Translations under genes and position numbers: made by a program | Shown here: positions 1 to 8,270 of the stretch, piece after piece | Layout of the letters: the number at the start of each line of letters is the position of its first letter | How positions within the stretch are numbered: position 1 is the stretch's first letter | Notes under the pieces: generated by a model | Told to the model about the DNA's origin: nothing | Database searches by the model: none | Seen by the model: only the letters and a program-made list of their open reading frames with translations | Origin: an uncultured Nitrososphaerota archaeon | GTDB taxonomy: Archaea > Korarchaeota > Korarchaeia > Korarchaeales > Korarchaeaceae | Assembly (NCBI GenBank): GCA_964594835.1 | Contig: CAZQNA010000005.1 | Coordinates: 1-64,000 of the forward strand | Reading direction: 5' to 3' | Length of the DNA: 64,000 nucleotides

Positions 1-1788
1 TACGCCGACGTCGGCGCCGACGTGTTCATAGCCCTCGGTATGGTGGCGGCCTACGCCGCGGGAGGGCTCCCCCTGGCCTTCTCCCTCGCCGCCGTGGCCT
101 ACGTCCTCACCGGGCTGGTGTACGCGGAGCTGTCCTCCACCTACCCCTACGCCGGCGGCGCTCAGGTCTACGCCGCCAGGGGCCTCGGGGACCTGGCCGG
201 GTTCGTCGCGGGGTGGGCCCTCCTGCTCAGCTACACCGTCGACATAGCCCTCTTCTCCATGGCATCCGCAGGCTACCTCTCCTACTTCTTCCCCCAGATG
301 GTCTCGCTCTCCCTCACCGTCCTGGGCGTTGACGTGAGCGGATTCGCGGCCTGCTCAATAGTCATGATAGTCCTCCTCGTATGCCTCAACGTCCTAGGCA
401 TAAGGGAGTCCTCTCGCCTTAACGAGATCATGGTTTCACTCGGCCTCGCCGTTCAGGGCCTCCTCCTGGCGATAGGCCTGGCCTGCCTGAGGCCCGAGGT
501 CCTCAGGGAGAACCTCCGGGAGATGGGGTACCCGGGGGCGAGGGAGGAGGTTGCCTACGTCCCGGGCGTCAGCGTCAGGGATCAGAACTTCATCTACGGC
601 ACGACCCTCGCCATGAGCTCCTTCATAGGCGTCGAGTCCATAGCGCAGGCGGCGGAGGAGATCAAGAGGCCCTACAAGTGGATCCCCCTGGCGACGAAGC
701 TCTCGGTCCTGGCGGTCCTGGTGTTCGCGCTCGGCCTCTCCCTGGTGGGGGTGGGGACCGTCGGGTGGAGGCCCCTGGCAGAGAACGCGGAGAGGCCCCT
801 CACCGTCCTCGCGGAGTCCCTTCCCCTGATTGGTGGAGTCGCCCCGGCCTTGGTGGCGGCCACAGGCTTCGTGGTGAACCTGGTATCGGCGAACACGGGC
901 ATAATCGGGGTCTCCAGGGTGGTCTACTCCATGGGGAGGTTTCGGCTGATGCCCTCGTGGTTCAAGGCCATCCACCCGAGGTTCAGGACTCCGGTTCGCA
1001 CGATAGTGATCTTCGGGTCCCTCGGGGCCGCCCTGACCCTACTGGGGAGCCTTGAGAGGATCGCCGACGTCTACGCCTTCGGAGCCCTGGCCTCCTACGT
1101 CCTCGTGAACGCGTCCATGGTCCGCCTCAGGGAGATAGACAGGGACGCCTACCGCCCCTGGAGGGCCCCGGGATCCCTGGAGGTGAGGGGGAGGGAGGTG
1201 CCGCTGGTTGGCGTCCTCGGGGCCCTGGCCACCGGGGTGATGTTCGCGCTGGTGGCCGCCCTCCACCCCGTTGGGCGGTCGCTCGGCACGGCCTGGTTCC
1301 TGGCCGGCCTGGCGGTCTTCGCGGCCTACCGAACCGCCGTCGGCCTCCCGGTCACGGGGAGGATCAGCGGGGAGATGTCAAGGCCCGCCAACTACCTCAT
1401 GGACGCCCTGGTGCTGGTCAGGCCGCACGACGACCCTGAGAGGGTGGCCAGGGCGATCGACGAGGGGCTGAGGGGCAGGTTCAGGGTCCACCTCCTCAGC
1501 GTCCTGAACCCATCGGGGATGACCCCCGAGGACCTGTCTCGGGAGGCAGAGGGGGCCCTGGCGGCGCTGCAGGAGGCCGCCAGGATCCTGAGGTCCCGTG
1601 GGGTGAGGGCGTCGGCGACGGTCGCGTTCGGGGATCCGGTAGAGGTCTCCACCGCCGAGGGGTCGAGCGACCGGTACGACCTGGTCGTGGTCCTCACGTC
1701 CAGGAGGGCCATGAAGTCTAAAGAGAGGGGCCTGGCCAGGGTCGTGTCCGCGAGGATACCCGGGAAGGTGTTGATACTCCGGAGGTGA
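1..1788 (+). CDS. APC-family amino acid permease with C-terminal USP-like domain (5' partial)
   Basis: Frame open from base 1 (YADVGADVFIALG); YAELSSTYPYAGG and GVESIAQAAEE motifs; many TM segments; soluble C-terminal domain of USP type. Confidence 0.85.
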   Translation, partial: YADVGADVFIALGMVAAYAAGGLPLAFSLAAVAYVLTGLVYAELSSTYPYAGGAQVYAARGLGDLAGFVAGWALLLSYTVDIALFSMASAGYLSYFFPQMVSLSLTVLGVDVSGFAACSIVMIVLLVCLNVLGIRESSRLNEIMVSLGLAVQGLLLAIGLACLRPEVLRENLREMGYPGAREEVAYVPGVSVRDQNFIYGTTLAMSSFIGVESIAQAAEEIKRPYKWIPLATKLSVLAVLVFALGLSLVGVGTVGWRPLAENAERPLTVLAESLPLIGGVAPALVAATGFVVNLVSANTGIIGVSRVVYSMGRFRLMPSWFKAIHPRFRTPVRTIVIFGSLGAALTLLGSLERIADVYAFGALASYVLVNASMVRLREIDRDAYRPWRAPGSLEVRGREVPLVGVLGALATGVMFALVAALHPVGRSLGTAWFLAGLAVFAAYRTAVGLPVTGRISGEMSRPANYLMDALVLVRPHDDPERVARAIDEGLRGRFRVHLLSVLNPSGMTPEDLSREAEGALAALQEAARILRSRGVRASATVAFGDPVEVSTAEGSSDRYDLVVVLTSRRAMKSKERGLARVVSARIPGKVLILRR

Positions 1789-2054
1789 TCGCCTTGCTGG
1801 TGATAATCAACCTCTACGTTGAGGCCAAGCACCTGGAGTCTCTGGTCGAGGAGCTGAAGCGCATGCCGGAGGTGGTCGACCTGTTCGAGGTCACCGGCGA
1901 CCAGGACCTCGTGCTCATCGTGGAGGCGGAGTCCATAGAGCACTTCAGGAGCGTCCTCGTCAAGAGGATACTCAAGAGGCAGGGGATCAACGGCTCCAAC
2001 AGCCTGGTCGTGCTCCACACCCACAAGAGGATGGGGAGGCTGCTGGAGGAGTGA
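1785..2054 (+). CDS. Stand-alone Lrp/AsnC ligand-binding (RAM) domain protein
   Basis: 89 aa; EVTGDQDL motif typical of the AsnC C-terminal domain; no HTH; GTGA overlap with the permease stop. Confidence 0.8.
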   Translation: MIALLVIINLYVEAKHLESLVEELKRMPEVVDLFEVTGDQDLVLIVEAESIEHFRSVLVKRILKRQGINGSNSLVVLHTHKRMGRLLEE

Positions 2055-2497
2055 GCGAGTCCGTCAGACGAGTCCTAGTGCTGTTGGACGAGCCGGTCAC
2101 CGCCGAGTGTCTCCTGGGCCTGCTCGCCGGGAGGCTGGGCCTGCGGTCTGCGGAGGTCACCCTCCTCCACGTGGTTACCGTCCCCAGAACGAGTCCCCTC
2201 GAAGCCTCCGCCCTCAGGGGGCCATCCCGCGAGGCGCTCGGGTGGCTGGACTCCCTGGTCCACAGCCTCTCGGAGCAGGGCCTGCGCGCGAGGGCGAGGG
2301 TGGCCATCTCCAGGGACGTCGAGACGGCCCTGGTCGAGTCGGCCGAGGGGCAGGACGCTGTGGTGATACCCACCGGGTCGATGGGGTCCGGCCTGCTCAG
2401 GGCGCTGCGTGGGTGTCCCTCGGAGAGGCTTGCCGAGAAGGTCAGGATCCCCGTGATCCTAGTGAGCAGAGACCTCATGACGTGTCCGAACCCCTAG
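2051..2497 (+). CDS. Universal stress protein family
   Basis: VTLLHVV N-terminal strand and SERLAEKVRIPVILV C-terminal USP motif; GTGA overlap. Confidence 0.7.
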   Translation: MSESVRRVLVLLDEPVTAECLLGLLAGRLGLRSAEVTLLHVVTVPRTSPLEASALRGPSREALGWLDSLVHSLSEQGLRARARVAISRDVETALVESAEGQDAVVIPTGSMGSGLLRALRGCPSERLAEKVRIPVILVSRDLMTCPNP

Positions 2498-3623
2498 ACA
2501 GGTGATCCTCCGCCAGCCTCACGATCCTGGCGTAGCCCCTGACGGCCTCCCTGAGGTCCGACACCCTCACCCTCTCGTTCGGCCTGTGAGCTAGGGCCTC
2601 GTCTCCCGGCCCGTAGCCAACGGTGAGGATCCCGGCCTCTCCCGCCGTGTATGAGCCGTCCGTCCCGAACCTCCACGTGATCATCTCCGCACCGAGTTCT
2701 CTGGCCGCCAGCCTGGCGAACTGGCTCGGCTCGTACCAGGCAGGGAAGTACGCTCTCACCCTGGCCTCCATTCCCGTGTAGCACCTCACGACCTTCTCGA
2801 CCACCGAGGCCTCCAGCCCGGGAGCGAGCGACCTCAGCCTCTCCAGGACGGACTCGAGGGTCTCTCCGGGGACCATCCTGTAGTCCAGCAGGGCCTCGCA
2901 TAGGTCGGGGATGACCGGGATGACCCCCGGAGAGCAGGTCACGTTGACGGGGGCCACTGTGGCCCTGCCGAGCGCATCGTGCTCGGGGAGACTGTGAGAT
3001 GCCTCCCTGAGCCTCAGCAGGGCGTCCAGCATCCTGTAGAGGGCGCTGTCCCCCAGCTCGGGCATGCTCGAGTGAGAGGTCCTTCCGACCGCCGTGAGCC
3101 TGACCTCGACCCTCCCCCTGTGGCCCACGGCCACGTTGAGCCTCGTGGCCTCGCCCAGGACCACGAGGTCGGGTCTCACACCGGACTCCTCCAGGAACAC
3201 CCTGATGCCGAAGCCCTCCTGGTCCTCCTCGTGGACCACGAACGCCAGGTAGACGTCGGCCTCCGGCGGGTCGAGCAGCCTGGCGGAGTGCACCATGGAG
3301 GCTATCGCGCCCTTCATGTCCACCGATCCCCTCCCGCAGAGCCACCCGTCGACGACCTCTCCGGAGTAGGGCTCCACCCTCCACTCCTCAGGTCTTCCGG
3401 GAGGCACGGTGTCCATGTGGCCCTCCAGGACAACCACCGGACCGTTCCCCGTTCCTCGGATGAGCCCGCCGACGTTTCCAGCGGAGTCCACCCACGTCTC
3501 GTCGAACCCCAGGGAGTTCATCTCATCCCTGATGAGTCCGGCGACCTCACCCTCCTCACCCGAGAGGCTTGGCGTCTGAATGAGCCTTGAGCAGAACTCT
3601 GTGACGTCACCTTCCGAGCTCAG
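2475..3623 (-). CDS. M20 family metallopeptidase/amidohydrolase (YgeY/ArgE-like)
   Basis: GHMDTV, GRGSVDMKG, HEE and AHRPNE motifs. The conserved N-terminus (LIQTPSLSGEEGEVA) lies upstream of the ORF-track ATG at 3521; probable CTG start at 3623. Confidence 0.85.
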   Translation of the reverse strand: MSSEGDVTEFCSRLIQTPSLSGEEGEVAGLIRDEMNSLGFDETWVDSAGNVGGLIRGTGNGPVVVLEGHMDTVPPGRPEEWRVEPYSGEVVDGWLCGRGSVDMKGAIASMVHSARLLDPPEADVYLAFVVHEEDQEGFGIRVFLEESGVRPDLVVLGEATRLNVAVGHRGRVEVRLTAVGRTSHSSMPELGDSALYRMLDALLRLREASHSLPEHDALGRATVAPVNVTCSPGVIPVIPDLCEALLDYRMVPGETLESVLERLRSLAPGLEASVVEKVVRCYTGMEARVRAYFPAWYEPSQFARLAARELGAEMITWRFGTDGSYTAGEAGILTVGYGPGDEALAHRPNERVRVSDLREAVRGYARIVRLAEDHLSRGSDTS

Positions 3624-3656
3624 GGGCCCTCCACCCTCGATGGGCGAAGGGGGACA

Positions 3657-3666
3657 GGTTTTTAAC
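3657..3666. promoter_or_regulatory. TATA-like box between the divergent M20 hydrolase and carbamate kinase genes
   Basis: GGTTTTTAAC is the only AT-rich patch in the short divergent intergenic region. Confidence 0.5.
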
Positions 3667-3709
3667 CCTCCCGGGGGACGCGGCCTCCGCGTGTCAGGGG
3701 TGAGGACGC

Positions 3710-4675
3710 TTGACCGACATGGGAGGGAGGATACTCGTTGCCCTGGGCGGCAACGCCATCAAGCAGGCCCACGAGAAGGGGACCTATGAGGAGCAGCTCC
3801 GGAACGTCGAGAAGACCGCGGCCCAGCTGGCCAAGCTCGTGCAGAGGGGGTACCACCTGGCGATAACCCATGGGAACGGACCCCAGGTGGGCGCACTCCT
3901 CATTCAGCAGGAGGAGGGTCAGAGGCTCGGCATACCGCCTCAGCCCATGGACGTCTGCGGGGCGATGACCCAGGGCCAGATCGGGTACATGCTCCAGCAG
4001 GCCCTGATGAACGAGTTCAGGAAGATGGGCATCGACAAGCTGGTGGCCACGGTCGTCACCAGGGTCCTCGTGAGAAAGGACGATCCAGACTTCCAGGATC
4101 CGTCGAAGCCCGTCGGTCCGTTCTATGACGAGGAGACCGCCAAGAGGCTCGCTGAGGAGAGGGGTTGGGTCATCAAGAAGGTGAAGCCCAACGCGGACAG
4201 GCCCTACAGGAGGGTGGTCCCGTCCCCGGATCCCATCAGGCCGCTGGAGGCAGACGCGATCAAGGGCCTCTACGACAGCGGTATCGTGGTGATCGCCAGC
4301 GGGGGCGGGGGAATACCGGTGATCGAGGAGGACGGGAGGATCAAGGGGGTCGAGGCCGTCATCGACAAGGACCTGGCCGGCGAGAGGCTGGCCGAGGTGC
4401 TGGGGGTGGACATCTTCATGATCCTCACCGACGTGGAGAAGGTCAAGCTGAACTACGGGAAGCCGGACGAGAGGGACATCGACAGGATGACCGTCTCCGA
4501 GGCCAAGAGGTACTTTGAGGAGGGCCACTTCCTGCCCGGCAGCATGGGTCCGAAGGTCAAGGCCTGCATAAGGTTCATCGAGGAGGCCGGCGGGAAGGCT
4601 GCGATAATCACCCACCTCGAGAAGGCCCTCGACGCGCTCGAGGGGAAGACCGGGACCTGGATAGTCCCGGGCTGA
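3710..4675 (+). CDS. arcC: Carbamate kinase
   Basis: [35 protein letters not shown] and GSMGPK motifs. Confidence 0.95.
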   Translation: MTDMGGRILVALGGNAIKQAHEKGTYEEQLRNVEKTAAQLAKLVQRGYHLAITHGNGPQVGALLIQQEEGQRLGIPPQPMDVCGAMTQGQIGYMLQQALMNEFRKMGIDKLVATVVTRVLVRKDDPDFQDPSKPVGPFYDEETAKRLAEERGWVIKKVKPNADRPYRRVVPSPDPIRPLEADAIKGLYDSGIVVIASGGGGIPVIEEDGRIKGVEAVIDKDLAGERLAEVLGVDIFMILTDVEKVKLNYGKPDERDIDRMTVSEAKRYFEEGHFLPGSMGPKVKACIRFIEEAGGKAAIITHLEKALDALEGKTGTWIVPG

Positions 4676-4821
4676 ACCCTCCCCCCACTATTTGTCCAGA
4701 GGGCCAGCCTCTGCTCTTTTCAAGCTCTAACCTCCAGGGAGCACGATCTGCCCGGGAGAGTGACGACGGTTAGGCGCCTCCCTCACTTCGGCGTCAATGC
4801 GGCCGACCTGATTTAAGCGGT

Positions 4822-4843
4822 CGCCGCAACTCGAGTTGCGGCG
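4822..4843. repeat. Perfect 22-bp palindrome
   Basis: CGCCGCAACTC|GAGTTGCGGCG, just downstream of TTTAAG (4812-4817). Confidence 0.9.
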
Positions 4844-4939
4844 GGGGGTGGCGGCTGAAGGACCACATCGCAGTCCCAGGCCGCCTCAAGTTCCCCTTCC
4901 CGTCGCGGGTGGGTTCTCCTTACCCGGTCCCATCGCCGG

Positions 4940-5602
4940 TCAACCCCGCGAGGTAGGGGAGTTGGCACGCGAGGCGCCGGGGGGTGCGAGGGCGGCGAGC
5001 CTCGCCAGCAGGTGGCAGTCTGTCCCTCTGAGCACCTTGCTGACGTTCCCTCTGGTTACCCCAAACTCTCTGGCCACCTCGCTTATCTTTTTACCGAGCC
5101 AGGCGTGGTGATAGCAGTATGCGAGCCTTCTCTCGGACATGCTCGCCAGAAGACTGGCCGCCAGAGATATCACACCCGCCAGCTGGACGTCGGGGGGGCC
5201 GGCCGACGCGTCCACCCTGAGGTCGACGATCGATCTCCTACCCACCCCCCTGGTCAGCTTGAGGTGCTCGAGCGCCTCGCGAGCTCTCCAGAACGCTGGC
5301 CCGTCGCACTCGTCTGCGATCTCTCCGAGCACGTGTACCTCTCCAGCTCCCACCCCGACTCGGAACTCGACCTGGGGAGACAGCACCTTCAGTGCGTGGA
5401 TGAAGAACGTTGGAGGTCGCCACCAGCTCACCAGGAACTCCACGCTGTCTCCAGCCGTGAGGGCCGGTCGAGCCAAGCACTCCGCCGGGAACCTGCTGTG
5501 GGAACTCTCCAGCAACCCCCTTATCACTTCATAGAGTCTCACTTTATCTCGAACGTTCATCTCCCTCGATCTGGACAGATCTACCACGACCACCACAGGC
5601 AT
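4940..5602 (-). CDS. SatD-family protein (cyclase-like palm domain plus C-terminal HTH)
   Basis: VVDLSRSR, TAGDSVE, RVGVGAGE and DGPAFWRAREAL motifs; HTH ISEVAREFGVTRGNVSKVL. Confidence 0.75.
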   Translation of the reverse strand: MPVVVVVDLSRSREMNVRDKVRLYEVIRGLLESSHSRFPAECLARPALTAGDSVEFLVSWWRPPTFFIHALKVLSPQVEFRVGVGAGEVHVLGEIADECDGPAFWRAREALEHLKLTRGVGRRSIVDLRVDASAGPPDVQLAGVISLAASLLASMSERRLAYCYHHAWLGKKISEVAREFGVTRGNVSKVLRGTDCHLLARLAALAPPGASRANSPTSRG

Positions 5603-6082
5603 TTATCCCACCACGAGAGATATCAGCAGCCAACTTTCGATGATCCCCGCAAGTAGGCTCGAAAAAGTTCCGATGATGTACCAGTCAGCGCACACCCTCT
5701 CCTCAACTCTGGAGAATCGGAAGATGGCCTTTCCGGCCACCAACAGGCCCAAGGCGTTTATCGCGTCCTCCAGCGGGATATCCTCAATTTTCGCCATCAA
5801 AAACATCGAGAAGATGAGGCTCCTTTCGAGGTAACCGATCACTCTCCCTCCAGCCGGGAGGCCCATGCACTTCTCCCTCACCTCTTCGCTCTCAAGGATG
5901 AGTGAGAGCGCCGAGATGAGAGCGGAGGGAAGCGTCAGCGTGGAGACCCACGCCAAAAACAGCCCCACCGCAGACTGCAGATTCAAGTGAGTGTGGACCA
6001 CGTGACTTCCAGTAGATAGGATTACCGAGACCCCAATCACCCCAGTGATGAGTTCGAGGAGGATCCGCCAGCTCTTCGGCAT
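5603..6082 (-). CDS. DUF3307-like membrane protein
   Basis: GGRVIGYLERSLIF, AGKAIFRF and YIIGTFSS motifs; several TM helices; abuts the SatD-like gene. Confidence 0.7.
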   Translation of the reverse strand: MPKSWRILLELITGVIGVSVILSTGSHVVHTHLNLQSAVGLFLAWVSTLTLPSALISALSLILESEEVREKCMGLPAGGRVIGYLERSLIFSMFLMAKIEDIPLEDAINALGLLVAGKAIFRFSRVEERVCADWYIIGTFSSLLAGIIESWLLISLVVG

Positions 6083-6122
6083 CTAGATCTCTGAGGCTCC
6101 GAGTTTTTTAGGTTTACTGATT

Positions 6123-6149
6123 CGGTAAACAACCGGGCATTGTTTACCG
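6123..6149. promoter_or_regulatory. Inverted repeat, putative operator
   Basis: CGGTAAACAA-N7-TTGTTTACCG, about 40-70 bp upstream of the 6082 start. Confidence 0.55.
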
Positions 6150-6358
6150 TTTTGTTCAACTGAATGAGCCTCGCTCCTACGGTGGTCGGCGTCGGTCTCT
6201 ATCCAGTCAGTTGACCCTAAAGGAGTAATTGGCCCTAGATGGCTCTCCTTCACCCTGAATAGTCGGGGTGAGTGTTTCACTCAGATTCCACGTACCCCGG
6301 TAGGGGAGAGCGGAAGGGGTTCCCTTTTTTCCTACCACCTGGGGGCTCTGTCTCTAAG

Positions 6359-7291
6359 TTGAGGGCCGCGGTAATTCAAGCTGGCAGGGTGAGGTTCGTT
6401 CCCGACTACCCGGACCCAATTCCGGCGCCGGGAGAGGTCTTGGTGAGTGTCAGGCTGGCTGGAATATGCGGAACGGACTTGGAGGTCCTCAGGGGGTACA
6501 AGGGATTCTCCGGGGTACCCGGCCACGAGTTCGTCGGGGTGGCGGAGTCTGGGAGGTTTAAGGGGAGGAGGGTAGTGGGAGAGATAAACGTCGGCTGCGG
6601 CGAGTGCGAGTTCTGCAAGGCCGGGGTCAAGGAGCATTGCCTCCACAGGCAGGTGATCGGGCTCACGAGGGACGGTGCAATGACCGAACTCCTTTCCATT
6701 CCAGAGGAGAACCTGCATCCAGTCCCAGAGGAGGTTCCAGATGAGGCGGCTGTCTTCACAGAGCCCCTCGCCGCCGCGCTGAGGGTCCTTGAGTCGGCTC
6801 ACGTGAAGCCGAGCCATGCAGTCGTCGTACTGGGGGCGGGGAGACTGGGCCAGCTCGTGGCTAGAGTCCTGGCCCTGACGGGCTGCAGGCTCACGGTCGT
6901 CGACGGGAACGGTTGGAAGCTCGACCTCCTCGGCGGGCTGGGGGCCGAGCTGCGGAGCAGCACGGAGGGGATGGAGAACGCGGCCGACGTGGTCGTCGAG
7001 TGCACGGGCAGCCCGAGGGGACTGAGGGAGGCCCTGCGCCTGGTCAGGCCCATGGGAACCGTCGTGTTGAAGTCCACAACCGCTGAAGGGGCCCAGCTGG
7101 ATTCCTCCCTCGTGGTGAAGGAGGTCAGGGTAGTGGGGAGCAGGTGCGGACCGTTCGAGCCGGCGCTGGAGCTACTCAGGCGCGGGCTGGCGAGGGTGGA
7201 CGACCTGATCTCAGCGATCTACCCGCTGGAGAGAGTTGAGGAGGCCTTCGAGGCGGCTCGCAGGTCGATGAAGGTCCTGCTCAGGGTGTGA
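6359..7291 (+). CDS. Zinc-dependent medium-chain alcohol dehydrogenase
   Basis: GICGTD, GHEFVG, structural Zn CGECEFC..C and GAGRLG; likely TTG start at 6359. Confidence 0.9.
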   Translation: MRAAVIQAGRVRFVPDYPDPIPAPGEVLVSVRLAGICGTDLEVLRGYKGFSGVPGHEFVGVAESGRFKGRRVVGEINVGCGECEFCKAGVKEHCLHRQVIGLTRDGAMTELLSIPEENLHPVPEEVPDEAAVFTEPLAAALRVLESAHVKPSHAVVVLGAGRLGQLVARVLALTGCRLTVVDGNGWKLDLLGGLGAELRSSTEGMENAADVVVECTGSPRGLREALRLVRPMGTVVLKSTTAEGAQLDSSLVVKEVRVVGSRCGPFEPALELLRRGLARVDDLISAIYPLERVEEAFEAARRSMKVLLRV

Positions 7292-7314
7292 CTCGGCATC
7301 GCCCGCCCCGGACC

Positions 7315-8184
7315 TCACCTCTCCAGGGACTTGAAGACCTTTGAGTAGTCCATGTCTCCCAATCCAAGCCTTCTCGCCCGCAGGAAGGTCTGCTGGACCT
7401 CGGACATTATCGGGAGCTCCCTCAGAAGGTCGGCTGCGGTCTGTAGGACGTACCTCATGTCCTTCTCCGCCAGCCTGAGGGCGAACCTCACGGGGGCCGA
7501 CTCGTCGAGCATCCTCCTCCAGTAGTATCTGGCAACCTTCCCCACGGGATGCTCTCCCATGACCTCCAGCGCCTCTCCAGGGTCAACCCCCATCGCCCTG
7601 GCCAGAGAGAGGCCCTCGGCCATCACCCCGACCATGGAGATCAGGACCGCGTTGATGGTGAGCTTGTAAGCCGTCCCCATCCCCGTCGGCCCCACGAGCC
7701 TGTGAGTCCCGAGGGCGTCCAGGACGGGGCCTGCCCTGCGGTATGCCTCCTCAGATCCCCCGACCATTATGGACAGCCCCCCCTCCCTCGCCTGCGTGGT
7801 GCTGCCTAAGACCGGGGCGTCCATCAGCTCCAGCCCCCTGTCCCTCGCCGCCTCGGCCAGCTCTCTGACGAACCTGGGGTAGAGGGTGCTCATCTCGATG
7901 ATCACGGTCCCGGGCCTGGCCCCGGCAATGGCACCGTCCGCCGACAGGAGGGTTCGCCTCACGGCCCCCTCGTCGCTGACCATGTCCACGACCACGTCTA
8001 CCCTGGAGGCCAGCTCCCTCGGGCTCCTGACGACCTCAGCCCCCCTCTCGGCCAGCGGAAGGGCCTTCTCGGCCGTGCGGTTGTAGACGACCAGGGGAAA
8101 CCCCTCGTCGAGCAGCCTCTCGGCCATCCGGAACCCCATGTTGCCCAGACCGATCAGCCCGACCTTCGTAGACTCGCAGCCCAC
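7315..8184 (-). CDS. 3-hydroxyisobutyrate dehydrogenase-family NAD(P)-dependent oxidoreductase
   Basis: GLIGLGNMG, DAPVLG, catalytic K in YKLTIN, and F.LRLAEKD. Confidence 0.9.
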   Translation of the reverse strand: MGCESTKVGLIGLGNMGFRMAERLLDEGFPLVVYNRTAEKALPLAERGAEVVRSPRELASRVDVVVDMVSDEGAVRRTLLSADGAIAGARPGTVIIEMSTLYPRFVRELAEAARDRGLELMDAPVLGSTTQAREGGLSIMVGGSEEAYRRAGPVLDALGTHRLVGPTGMGTAYKLTINAVLISMVGVMAEGLSLARAMGVDPGEALEVMGEHPVGKVARYYWRRMLDESAPVRFALRLAEKDMRYVLQTAADLLRELPIMSEVQQTFLRARRLGLGDMDYSKVFKSLER

Positions 8185-8270
8185 GGGTCGGAGGACTCGA
8201 GGGGGCGAGATAAATGCGCTCCCCAGATGGAAGGCTGGAGAAGGGAAGGCTGGAGTGGGGGGAGGGCGGG

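Noticed and set aside
4850-4885. Hairpin with a GAA internal loop as an archaeal SECIS, or the region as a tRNA
   Set aside because: No nearby gene with an in-frame TGA at a Cys position; no T-loop (GTTCG) or tRNA cloverleaf.
6083-6280. 65-aa ORF upstream of DUF3307
   Set aside because: Spans the promoter and operator region; atypical codon usage and no motif.
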